Source of the DNA: Phyllobates terribilis
Taxonomy: Eukaryota
Reading direction: 5' to 3'
NCBI RefSeq assembly: GCF_046119375.1
Contig: NW_027362768.1
Location: forward strand, 158,906,001-158,970,000
DNA: 64,000 nucleotides
In this document: positions 23,901-34,733 of the stretch, in pieces
Layout: each line of letters begins with the position of its first letter
Numbering within the stretch: position 1 is the stretch's first letter
Translations under genes and position numbers: made by a program
Notes under the pieces: model-generated
What the model was told of the DNA's origin: nothing
What the model saw: only the letters and a program-made list of their open reading frames with translations
Database searches by the model: none

Positions 23901-26731
23901 AAAAAAACAAAACGGATCCATCACAGATCAGTTATTTAAAAATGGACTAAAAAGTTGTGTCTGCACAACTTTTTTGCCAATGTATTGCTGCTGGATCATC
24001 CGTTCTGACTGATCACTACTGGACATGTGAACTGCCCAACAGGACTTATTTTTGTTAGTCATTAAAAGGTCTCATAACAACGAGATAATTATTTCCTTTC
24101 CTTTCTCTAATAGTAAAAAAAAAACAAAAAAAAAAAAACATAACACTATACAACGTTAGTATCACCATAATCATAATGACTTAAATTAAATAATCTGTAT
24201 GCTCTTATGACAGCTCACTGATCGTTCACGGATCTGCCTCCTATTTTACCGAGCCCGCACTACTAGGTGCATTATGTAAAACAGGAGGCAGATTAGTGAA
24301 AGCATATATCTGAATATGTAAGCAGAGCACCAGATAGAGCGCCCCCCACAGGCCGCCCCGGAGCAAGAGCATATCATTATCTCCAAACTGAAAGTAAAGA
24401 TTACACAAGAACCACAGGATGGATCTCATCAACCAAGGTGTCATATTAATCAGTGTAATGACGTCCACCTGACAGTGTATGTGGTTTACTGAGCACAATC
24501 CTGCTGACAGATGATCTTTAAACATTTTATCAATATTTTTTTTTTTGGGCTTATTTTAGATTCCCATTACATTTAACATTGTTAAGAGCTTGCTTGTTCT
24601 TGCGATACACTGCCCTACTTCTGTATTGCAGGGTACCATACCTGTCAAAGTACTGTAAATGGGCATCCTATGAGACCCTGCCTATTAGGAGCACTGACCT
24701 AGCAGACCTCAGGGCAATTGTTAGGCATCTTGCTGTCATGATGAAATACCAGGGCCCACAATCACATTATAGGGGGAATAAGTAAAGCTAAAAAACAAGA
24801 AGTTATGCAGCTTTTTAGAAGGTTGTTTTTTGTTTTTTTTTGGGGTGGGATGAGTTGTAGTTTTTAATGGCACCATTCAGTCTCGCCATATAATCTACTT
24901 GCAAGTGAGATGAAATGGTGAAAATGCGATTCATTTTTTGGGGGTTTTCCTTTAACGGAGCACAAAGTTCATTAAAGATGCCCTGGAAATATGATTTTTT
25001 TTCGAAGGTCATTATGATTATGGTGACGCTAACGTTGTATAGTGTTGTTTTTTTTTTTACTATTATTGCTCTCAGTGAGAGAAAGGAAATAATTATCTTG
25101 TTGTTATGAGACCTTTTAATGACTAACAAAAATAAGTCCTGTTGGGCAGTTCACATGTCCAGTAGTGATCAGTCAGAACGGATGATCCAGCAGCAATACA
25201 TTGGCAAAAAGTTTTTTAAGATGCATGCGCCTCGAGTGAATCTGGTGCATCTTCCAACTGTTGTGAACCAGGGGCGTAAAATCTCATGTCAGACACATGT
25301 CGGCATGTACTGGAGGATGTGAAGCACTACAAGTCTCAGGCTTACCTCCTGTGGTGCGTAAGGGACCATTGTTGAAGAAACCATCAGAAGAATTGTGTCT
25401 TCTGCGACTCACTCCCAAACGGCCCTCACCCCTAGGAAGGTGTTCTCCATGTTTTTCGACAAAGCCTGCAGAGGACTGAGCCAGAGAGAACAGCTGAAAC
25501 TAATGATCAGCGAATTCATGTAATTTATAGGTCAACACATACAGAAAAGGACTGTCAGACTCCAGAGAACAGTAGCTGCTCTCACCTCTTAACCATTTCC
25601 ACAGTGCAAAAAAGATTTACCGTATTTTTGGACTATAAGACGCACTTTTTTCCTCCAAAATTTTGGAGGAAAGTGGGGGGGTGTGAGTTGTAGTCCGATA
25701 TACATAAATACTGTGGCAGTGGGTGGGGGAGAAAGCGACAGTGGTGGAGTGGCGGGGCACAGGAGGCAGCAGCCTACACACTGCCCGCTACTAAAGAAAA
25801 TGAATATTCACTGCTCCCCCACTCACATGGGTGTGGTGAATATTCATGGCCTTTAATAGCGGGCACGCTGACAGCGCTGCGGTTACAGTGTGCGCACTAT
25901 TAGGGAGAATGAATGTGGGTGGGGAGCAGTGATCACAGTCCCGGCATGGGGAGAAGTGACTATTAGGGCACAGAACAGGACACAGCGCTGGAGGAGACAG
26001 GAGGGGGGTATGAAAGTTTTTTTTTTCTGTGTAGCGTGACGGGGATGAGGGGGGACATACATACCAGGATGGGTGTGAGGGGGGGGGGGGGATACATAAC
26101 AGGATGAAGGGTGCCATACATACCAGGAAGAGGGATGAGGGGTGCCATGCATATCAGGCTAGGGATGAGGGCCACATATAACAGGTAGGGGGCCATATAT
26201 ACCAGGATGGGGGATATTAACAGAATTGGGGTACATTACCCCTATAACAGTGTGAGCAGCAGACCCCCTCCCCCCTTAACAGGGCATCATGACCATATTT
26301 TTGGCTTAATTTTTTTTTCTTCTATTTCCCTCCTATAAAACCTAGGTGCGTCTTATGGTCCGGTACTTCGTCTTGTGTTCTCCCTTGGAACGAATGATAC
26401 AAAAAGGCCTTCTGCTTTTTATACCCAGCACTATTGGCACTAAACGTATTGATGTGGCAAAGGCCAGTGAAGGGATCTGTCAGCTCGGCCACGACTAGGG
26501 AGCGCCGAGCCCCTCGGCCACAATCAGTGAAATACATGCCCTGAAAAGAGCTAACAATTCACCCATTACATCTATTCCTTAATTGCTTGCAGCCTCCATT
26601 TTTCTGGATGCTCCAAATTCAATACAATGTAAGGTGCTCAGGAGGAAACCGGAAAAAGAAAAGGGGGTTACCTTGGTGGACTGAGGTGTGGAGAAGCTAA
26701 GCCAAGCAGGAACAAAGTCATGCTGCGCCAT
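17795..26731 (-). CDS. GPBP1L1: Vasculin-like protein 1 (GC-rich promoter binding protein 1 like 1), 469 aa, 10 coding exons
   Basis: join(minus): 26672-26731, 25346-25475, 22313-22602, 21916-21988, 21342-21535, 20546-20662, 19924-20082, 19139-19269, 18588-18690, 17795-17947 = 1410 nt, all GT-AG with matching phases; recognisable motifs MAQHDFVPAWL, RRRHNSSDGFFN, FEEEDFPSLNP, KMLVIKK, LEAEHRLLKEMGWQE. Confidence 0.95.
18588..18690 (-). CDS. GPBP1L1: GPBP1L1 coding exon 9
   Basis: LLKEMGWQESPENDEDCRPLTEEELQEFHIKSQQ; 103 nt. Confidence 0.93.
19139..19269 (-). CDS. GPBP1L1: GPBP1L1 coding exon 8
   Basis: VQSPLDHND...LSYSLEAEHR; 131 nt; an in-frame alternative CAG acceptor lies 6 nt downstream. 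Confidence 0.88.
19924..20082 (-). CDS. GPBP1L1: GPBP1L1 coding exon 7
   Basis: GTASVTPPLELSISRLTRMTRRVPDKKSEFLKALKDE...DKLED; 159 nt. Confidence 0.93.
20546..20662 (-). CDS. GPBP1L1: GPBP1L1 coding exon 6
   Basis: PGPWKANGREPKSS...VLTSPKE; 117 nt. Confidence 0.88.
20689..21132. mobile_element. PIF/Harbinger-type MITE in a GPBP1L1 intron
   Basis: TIRs GGCTATGTTCACA / TGTGAACATAGCC with extended internal symmetry. Confidence 0.8.
21342..21535 (-). CDS. GPBP1L1: GPBP1L1 coding exon 5
   Basis: ENPPSSKQPLKMLVIKK...YKNLVPKPATSSTK; AAG acceptor; 194 nt. Confidence 0.92.
21916..21988 (-). CDS. GPBP1L1: GPBP1L1 coding exon 4
   Basis: PSLNPEPGKQIIHSKQTGTPTGVW; 73 nt. Confidence 0.92.
22313..22602 (-). 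CDS. GPBP1L1: GPBP1L1 coding exon 3
   Basis: DSWHQPSLLRHDSVDSGVSKG...FEEEDF; 290 nt. Confidence 0.93.
23779..24037. mobile_element. PIF/Harbinger-type MITE
   Basis: AGGCTATGTTCACATGTCCAGTAGTGATCAG / CTGATCACTACTGGACATGTGAACTGCCC arms. Confidence 0.75.
25346..25475 (-). CDS. GPBP1L1: GPBP1L1 coding exon 2
   Basis: SSAGFVEKHGEHLPRGEGRLGVSRRRHNSSDGFFNNGPLRTTG; CAG acceptor, GTAAGC donor; 130 nt. Confidence 0.93.
25620..26363. mobile_element. Non-autonomous Tc2/pogo-like (CCGTATTT-terminus) element
   Basis: TA|CCGTATTTTTGGACTATAAGACGCAC start, shortened right TIR GTGCGTCTTATGGTCCGG|TA; same family as 52556-53574. Confidence 0.75.
26672..26731 (-). CDS. GPBP1L1: GPBP1L1 coding exon 1 (MAQHDFVPAWLSFSTPQSTK)
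   Basis: ATG at 26731, donor GTAACC; exon acceptor at 26791 or 26794 (CAGCAG). Confidence 0.93.
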
Positions 26732-26747
26732 TTAGGTTGTAGATCTT

Positions 26748-26777
26748 CTAGCACTGAATTGAGGCATTAATCCTCAT
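26748..26777 (-). other. Upstream ORF MRINASIQC* in the GPBP1L1 start-codon exon
   Basis: GCCATGA at 26777, TAG ending 26748, 16 nt before the main ATG. Confidence 0.7.
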
Positions 26778-26892
26778 GGCCAAGGCAGGGTCTGCTGAAA
26801 GGGAAAGGCAACACCTTCAGTGCACAAGTCACACAGAAAACAGCGAGCACTACAACAGTGCAGAACTAAGAGCATAAGATCTCCGATGCATC

Positions 26893-27202
26893 GTTACATC
26901 CTGTATTACACTCCGGAGCTGCACTCACTATTCTGCTGGTGCAATCACTGTGTACATACATTACATTACTGATCCTGAGTTACATCCTGTATTATACTCC
27001 AGAGCTGCACTCACTATTCTGCTGGTGCAGTCACTGTGTACATACATTACTGATCCTGTAATGATCCCGAGTTACATCCTGTATTATACTCCAGAGCTGC
27101 ACTCACTAGTCTGCTGGTGTAGTCACTGTGTACATACATTACATTACTGATCCTGAGTTACATCCTGTATTATACTCCAGAGCTGCACTCACTAGTCTGC
27201 TG
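26893..27202. repeat. About 85-bp minisatellite (TACATCCTGTATTATACTCCAGAGCTGCACTCAC...)
   Basis: 3-4 tandem units; remnants of the same repeat flank 52556-53574. Confidence 0.85.
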
Positions 27203-27626
27203 AAGAATTTGCAAACTTCTGTAACTATGTAACCTACATGGAGAGAACTTACCCCTTAGTATGTGCACGCAGGGCAGCACCTTCCAGTATTGTAGGCCAG
27301 TTGAGATGTTGCTTGATGTATATCACTTATAATTGGGCGATAGAGGGTAAGGGCAGCCCCTCGTACAGACTGGCAGGGAACAGCCCCACTTCTACATGCC
27401 AGCTTGCCCTTTAATGTGAACTTGGCACGTTTTCAAGTGCTCATTTTGATTTTTTTAATCAAAACTTTTGAAGGAAAAAAAAATTACAAAAATAAAAAAA
27501 AAAAAACCTAAATCCTGTAACTACAAGAGGTCACATGGGGCAAGAGCCTAATCACTAATCAGTATGAAAAAAAAAATAATAAAAAAAAAGGAAAAAAAAA
27601 AAAAATTCCCCAAATTCTACGTTCAC

Positions 27627-28089
27627 CTCATGAAACAGACATGAGGGTCAGTAAGTAGTCAATACCGATAAGCGTCATACAAAAATATCCATCCGGGTCT
27701 TTTCCAGATGTTGGGTCAGGAACGTAGAGAGGAAGCTGCTGGCGAGGTCCACACTTGTGCCGCTTCTCTACACTGGACTGATGCCTTCATTAAATACTAA
27801 GATGAAAAATTCAAGTGGAAAATCAGGTAAAAATGTGAAGAAAACACTTTACTTATTTTAGGAGGCAGATATAAAACAGTGACTATAATGTGACCATTAT
27901 AGCTGAAGACCAAGGATTCACAAGGAAATTCTGCAAAAAAACCCCCAAAATCCAGTTATATCTTTGCCAAACATTGGCAAGTAGAGCAGTGGATCAAGTA
28001 TGGATGACAGCGATGCGGCAGACTAGTGTGGCGCGCTGTCGTCGGGGAGGGAGCTTTCTTTACGTCAAACTTATTGTGGTCTGCAGCCC
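27627..28089 (-). other. GPBP1L1: Candidate GPBP1L1 5' UTR exon
   Basis: Strong acceptor TTTTCTTTCTTTCAG at 28090-28104, candidate donor GAG|GTGAAC at 27627/27626; non-repetitive sequence; donor choice uncertain. Confidence 0.5.
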
Positions 28090-28160
28090 CTGAAAGAAAG
28101 AAAAATAAAAATAAATAACATAAAATAACACTTGCTCTGGTTGGTACACATATATACACA

Positions 28161-28511
28161 CAGCTCTGGCAAAAATTAAGAGACCACTGAACAGTTTTCT
28201 ATTGGAAAGACTGGTGGAAAGCAGCCAAGACACAAAAGCTGTGATTAAAAATCATGGATAGTCCACCAAATATTGCCAAAAACAGATAAAACATGAGTAA
28301 TTTGAGGTCTGAAAACACTTTAGTATTTTGATGCTTTAGCATTTGTTGCAAATACAACATTTTTAGCTTTGAATTTTGGAGACATGTCAATAGTTTATAG
28401 ACTAAAACAACAATGTACATTTTACTCAAAAAATATACCTAGAAAGAGAAGAAAAAAAAAATCAGAGAAACTGAAAAATTTGCAGTGGTCTCTTAATTTT
28501 TGCCAGAGCTG
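28161..28511. mobile_element. Internally deleted Tc1-like element (351 bp)
   Basis: TIRs CAGCTCTGGCAAAAATTAAGAGACCACTG at both ends, TA on the right, transposase 3'-end remnant inside. Confidence 0.85.
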
Positions 28512-29538
28512 TATATTGGGATGCTGGTAAGTGAGAAAAGCCCTATAAGGTTGCACATGGCAGCGCAGACATGTAGGGATTCTGTCCTGCTGTGTGCATG
28601 AAGCCGTAGACTGTCGTACATGGAAATCCCGATAGATGGTCAGAGAGCCGATGCTGCGGTTTTTAAGGGCACGTTTACATAACGGTGCAGCAGGAAGTTT
28701 CGTCACCACAACATTGAGAAATAAAGTTGCAAGAGATTTTCCTCGAGCAGCCGGGACATGTGGCCAGGACCAAGCTGCAGCCACGTGACTGATATAGTCG
28801 TGGTCAGCGTTGGAGTTATTATTCACCAGGGCAGGGAGACACCTGAACACCTAGCTCGTTATATAATAACAGGTGACTATTACATCACCTGGCAGGTAAG
28901 AACACGACCGACGGGTACAACATGCAGCCAAGACAACGGCACTCGCTGCTTACACGCAATGACAGGAGGAAACCGCAGCACAGCTCCGAGCTGTGCTCAT
29001 CTAGTCTACGGCCCGAGTCACATTACATCAGACAAAACAGTCACAGCTACAACCTATAAATCTGCAGAAGGAGCTCCTCTGCTGCAGAGCGTTGTCTGCT
29101 GTGTAACATGGTGCAAGACTGCGCTTAGGGCAGAGCAATGTAGATTTCACCGGTCTGGTAGTGAGCGCAGCTCTAGATGTGACTGAAGTATGAGCCATGA
29201 TGTCAAAATGAAGAGCAGTGTATTTAGCATTTGCAGGAATCAATCTTTGCACAAGATTACCAGTAGACTAATAAACAGAGGGCATTATAATGCTGGAGAC
29301 CGATCATTTCACCCCAGCCCTGGCACCGCGCCCTGTGGTATTCTAGGGAACTTCCACCCAGATACAATATTAGTGGCAATCTCCACCGGTCGTTCCCTGC
29401 CGACCTGAAGCAAAACAAATTTATTATCACTGATAAAAATCCAGCTACTACCCAAAGAGCTGACTTTTTTTTTTCCCCTTGCATTGAGAAACTGGAAACT
29501 TTAAGCGTGGTAAACACAGCTGAGTTTTCATGGCTTAC

Positions 29539-29732
29539 CTACACTGCAACAGATTACATAACCAGTGTCTCGTGAGCAGGAAGGGTTTGTAAACCTGTGA
29601 AAAGAACTCTTTTTTGCTAATGAGAGCAAGAATAGATACAGTACTGGGAATTAAACACATATTTGAGAAAAGTAATCTGTTCTTCATACTCCCAATAGGA
29701 TGGATAAATGCTGCCATCAACCACCCTGAAGT
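29539..29732 (-). other. GPBP1L1: Candidate GPBP1L1 5' UTR exon (194 nt)
   Basis: Acceptor TTTTTTTTTAAAG, consensus donor TAG|GTAAGC; unique sequence bounded by low-complexity intron. Confidence 0.6.
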
Positions 29733-31168
29733 CTTTAAAAAAAAATAATATATTATATATATATATATATATACATACATATATATACATATACACACAC
29801 ACATACGTAAACTATGCTTGGATGAAAAACAAAAGGATTGCTTTTAAAGATAATTATTTTTTTTTTAATTTCTGGAAAAATATAGTGACTATTCTAAATG
29901 CACGAAGCTCAGCCATGAACCATTGTTATACAAGTGAAAGAAATAGACAATTACAAGGGTGAAAACAGCAGGGAAGTTGAATTGTTCTGGCAGTGTTTAC
30001 TTCATGCATCACTAATTTCATTAAACTATCCTTGTAGTGAAGAAAAACAAAAGGATTGCTGTAAAAACAAAGCTAGGTGCAAGTCTTTAGTGTAATGTAA
30101 TTTGCAAGGATACCAAGACATTATGGTTTACACATGGGGTGAGTCCTACCTGCTTCTTTTTAGCAAAAACTGACACCAGCAATTTTGCACCTACTTGTTG
30201 CTTTCTATGGGTAAAAAAAAAAAAAAAAAAACACTGAAAGGACTGACAACCTGAAGACTTCAATAACTATTCCAATACAGTCAGGAAAAAACAAAACAAG
30301 CTTGTGCATGAGATTTCTGAAATCCCACAGCTTTTGCTGCTACTGTAAAAAGCAGCTTTTAAATTTCAATAAAAAAATGTTGCAATAAAATACAAGCTGT
30401 GAAAATATCCTTATGGTAATCACAAGAGCGACAACAGCCTGAAAGCTCTGCACCATGATGGATAAACAAGAGGATCCTGGAGAGAAGAACATTGCAGCGA
30501 GTGGCGCAGCCTCTAACCACACGGTCTGCTGACGGGTACAGATCGTGTGATACAGGCACAGAGCAACAACCACTTTTACAAATTCATTAAAAGCATAAAA
30601 GATTTCTGATTGCAGCTCTGGATGTGACCAGAGCACAACAAATGTTGCAAATCAAAAGGAGTCACAATCAGTAAATCCGATAGTCTCTCTAAGGCTCCAT
30701 CATGGAGAACTGGGCTCAGCAAAGGGCAAGAAAGATAAAAGTGAATGAGGTGCACCTACCAGTCTAATGTCTAGGAACGGTCTCGATGCTCGGGATCTGT
30801 AACTGGTCACTCCACTCTTCCAGTAAGCAGTTCCTGTTCAGCATCTATATTGTTGGTGAATGCTAGAGAACTTTCTTTCCCTCACTTTTTAACATCCAAT
30901 GTTCCTTCCCATTGTCCAATGGTTTGCTGCCCCAAACAAAGTCCGCCTCTCTATTATGTTTAAATGGGGTCTGAAAAGGGCCGGGTCAAAGTATTTTGGT
31001 GGCCTAGGCAGATGAAGACAATATTTCTTTATTTATTCACGGATGATGGATCTGATGCCATATTTATAATCTTTGTTGTTATATTCATGTACTAATGAGG
31101 ATTCTGATTTCGTATACATGTACTGATAATGGTTCTGGTGATAAACACAGCACCAGAATCATCATCTA

Positions 31169-32732
31169 CAGTCATGGCCAAAAGTATTGAGAATGAGACA
31201 AATAGTAATTTTTCCAAAGTTTACTGCTTCATTTTTTGTAATGGCAATTTGCATTTACTCCTGTCAAAGAGTGATCAGCTTAACAGCAATTACTGTACTT
31301 ACGAAGTCAATATTTGCCCAGAAAATGAACTTTAACCCCCAAAACACATTTGAACTTCATTGCAGTCCTGCCTTAAAAGGAGCAGCTAACATCGTTTTAG
31401 TGATTGATCCATTAACACAGGTGTGGGTGTTGATGAGGACAGGGCTGGCGATCAATCAGTCATGATTAAGTAAGAATGACATCACTGGACACTTTAAAAG
31501 GAGGCTGGTTCTTGGTATCATTGTTTCTCTTCGGTTAACCATGGTTATCTCTAAAGAAACACGTGCAGCCATCATTGCACTGCACAAAAATGGCCTAAAC
31601 AGGGAAGAGTATCGCAGCTACAAAGATTGCACCTCAGTCAACAATCTATCGCATCATCAAGAACTTCAAGGAGAGAGCTTCCATTGTTGTCAAAAAGGCT
31701 CCAGGGCGCCCAAGAAAGACCAGCAAGCGCCAGGACCGTATCTTAAAACTGTTTCAGCTGCGGGATCGGACTACAAGCAGTGCCAAGCTTGCTCAGGAAA
31801 GGCAGCAGGCTGGTGTGAGTGCTTCTGCACGCACTGTGAGGCGGAGACTCTTTGAGCAAGGGCTGGTTTCAAGGAGGGCAGCAAAGAAGCCACTTCTCTC
31901 CAGAAAAAACATCAGGGACCGACTGATATTCTGCAAAAGTTACAGGGAGTGGACTGCTGAGGACTGGGGCAAAGTCATTTTCTCTGATGAATCCCCTTTT
32001 CGATTGTTTGGGACATCTGGAAAACAGCTTATTCGGAGAAGAGGTGAGCGCTACCACCAGTCTTGTCTCATGCCAACTGTAAAGCATCCTGAAACCATTC
32101 ATGTGTGGTGTTGCTTCTCAGCCAAGGGAATCGGCTCACTCACAGTCTTGCCTAAAAACACAGCCATGAATAAAGAATGGTACCAGAATGTCCTCCAAGA
32201 GCAACTTCTCCCAACCGTCCAAGAGCAGTTTGGTGCCCAACAATGCCTTTTCCAGCATGATGGAGCACCTTGCCATAAAGCAAAGGTGATAACTAAATGG
32301 CTCATGGAACAAAATATAGAGATTTTGGGTCCATGGCCTGGAAACTCCCCAGATCTTAATCCCATTGAGAACTTGTGGTCAATCATCAAGAGACGGGTGG
32401 ACAAACAAAAACCAACAAATTCTGGCAAAATGCAAGCATTGATTATGCAAGAATGGACTGCTATCAGTCAGGATTTGGTCCAAAAGTTGATTGAGAGCAT
32501 GCCAGGGAGAATTACAGAGGTCTTGAAGAAGAAGGGGCAACACTGCAAATATTGACTTGCTGCATTAACTCATTCTAACTGTCAATATAACCTATTGGTA
32601 CTCGTAATATGATTGCAATTATATTTCTGTATGTGATATAAACATCAGACAAACACTAATAAAAACCAGAGGCCAGCAGATCATGTGAAAATATAATTTT
32701 GGTGTCATTCTCAAAACTTTTGGCCATGACTG
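31169..32732 (+). mobile_element. Tc1-sibling DNA transposon with DD35E spacing (Traveler-like), 1564 bp
   Basis: TA TSD on both sides, about 30-bp TIRs CAGTCATGGCCAAAAGT(A/T)TTGAGAATGA, transposase 31541-32555. Confidence 0.93.
31541..32555 (+). pseudogene. DD35E transposase with a single +1 frameshift near 31597
   Basis: MVISKETRAAII... in one frame, GRPRK, SDES, QHDGAP and SPDLNPIEN in the next; 1015 nt = 338 codons + 1; 35 residues between the second D and E. Confidence 0.88.
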
Positions 32733-34733
32733 TATACATGAATCCATCACCAGAGTCAACAGAAGTACATGACTACAGCACCAGAACCACAATCAGTACT
32801 TGAGTACAAGAACCAAGCTTAGTACAGCAATCGATTGTAATGTCAAGCCAGCCCCATATACAATTGTATCACATGAATCTAAAACTCCCAGCATGTCCTT
32901 AATGGTGAGATGCTGGGAGTTGTTTTCAGTCATTATCAAACTGCAGACCATACTGGAACCACAGTGCAGATGAGACCAATTCAGTATCATAAATAAACAT
33001 TTACATCCAGGTACCTTATAGGTGACATCTTCACTGACTGGAGTAATCTTTCTTTTCGTCTCCATCTCGTCTTACAGATGCAAATACAATTGAATGCAGG
33101 GAGGGAGCGACAGCAGGAGCGCAGACAGTGAGCGGTGTCAATGAGTCACCGACACTGTTCACCTGAGTGTCTGCACAGTGGCAGTATGTTGAATGCCTGT
33201 GGTGGAAGAAGGCATTGGTCGGCTGTAGGCATTTACCAATATCAGGGTTTTTTTTTTTTTTCAATGTGTGCCCCCCTTAGGGAGGCAAGAGGTAGCATGT
33301 TAGACGGGTGCCTACTCTGCCTACCCTTCGTGTCCTGGGTCTGACAGGAGAGCTGGAGCAGAAAGATGGCTCCCACCTGCTGTGAGGAGTCTCATGGTCC
33401 CTGTTGCTGGAGACTGATTACACTTGACAACAGATAGACAGCAAATTAGACCGAAGAAAGGCTTAGAGGCTGGCACTTTGGATTTATTTTTGTGGAGTAA
33501 GAAACTAATAAAGTGATTTGCAGATTGTGTATCAAAATGAGATTAAAGTGTTATTCTCATCTCCATAAATGGATACTGTTGGGTACTGTTGTGAAAAAAA
33601 GCAATTTTGGAATTTACTGCTTATTAAAATTTGCAGCTGTGTTCTTGAGATATTACCACTTGTTTACAGCTCGTCACCTTGGTGACCGACCACCGCTGCT
33701 AAACAGCAGAGCATGTACAGTGCTTACAAGTTCTTTTTCATTCTGAAGCTGGCCAGGATCACTGTTACCTCCTAATCTGGGCCGGCTTCAGTGAAGTGCT
33801 TACAAGCCAGACAGCAGCGGTGGTCGGTTTCATAGGCAACCAGCTGTAAAACAAAACAAAAAAAAAGTTAAATATCTCAAGAACGGCTGCAAATTTTTAG
33901 TGAGCAGTGAATTGCAGAAGTGCTTGGTTTTACGAGCACTATCTTAATATTCTCATCTTCATAGATTGATATTTACCTCCAAGATGTCTGAACTTTCAGT
34001 GACCATTTAAGATGCAATCAGCTATTCATTCCTACAGATACGCTCTTGGCCGTATGTTTTTATATTGGGATGGGGGATGCTGTCGGGAGAACCCTACAGA
34101 TGCCAATTAGGACACTGAACTCTTCACCTAAGGCTAAAGCCAATTCTCAGACAAGTCGCACAACGAAAAACCATTTGTCTGACTTGCTGCTATTTTACAG
34201 CAGCAACTTCTACAACTTTACCAAAAACCTCTTTCCTGCCTGCACCGCTTTATGATCTCTGCTTGCTGTCGGTGAACGAGATCATTCTATTTGTGTGCCC
34301 GAAGGCCGATTGTGTCCAACTGGCGCAGGAGCAGAACTCATTGTGAGCTTTGCTCTGACAAACACGGCTAAACCTTTGCGTGATGACACACGGTGTTAGA
34401 TCTCGTACAGCGATTAGAAAGCAAAGGGCTAAACAGGATCCCAGACTGAGGGCGGCTTTGTGTTCTGCATCAGTCTGGAGCTGCAGGATTTGTGACCCAG
34501 GTCCCTTTTCTTGCCACCATCAGTAGCTCCCAATACGAGGAAACAGGAAAAACCTCTTCCTTCTGATGTGGCTCAATAAGGTTTTATGTCAGGATAAATA
34601 TAAAATAAAAGTGTTGCAGAGATTGACTTTTTGGTTATAAATGGGTCGTCTCAAAGCCTACACTGGCCAATGGGGCCTACTAAAAAATATAGATGTTCTG
34701 TAAGCAAGCGTGCCACCCCCTGCCCAAACTGAA

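Larger units (their letters stand above)
30961..33070. repeat. Decayed interspersed repeat that hosts the DD35E transposon
   Basis: Flanks 30961-31166 and 32735-33000 are the reverse complement of parts of 46680-47400 (shared CTGGGAGTTGT, CATGTGATACAATTG and GGTTCTGGTG motifs). Confidence 0.6.
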
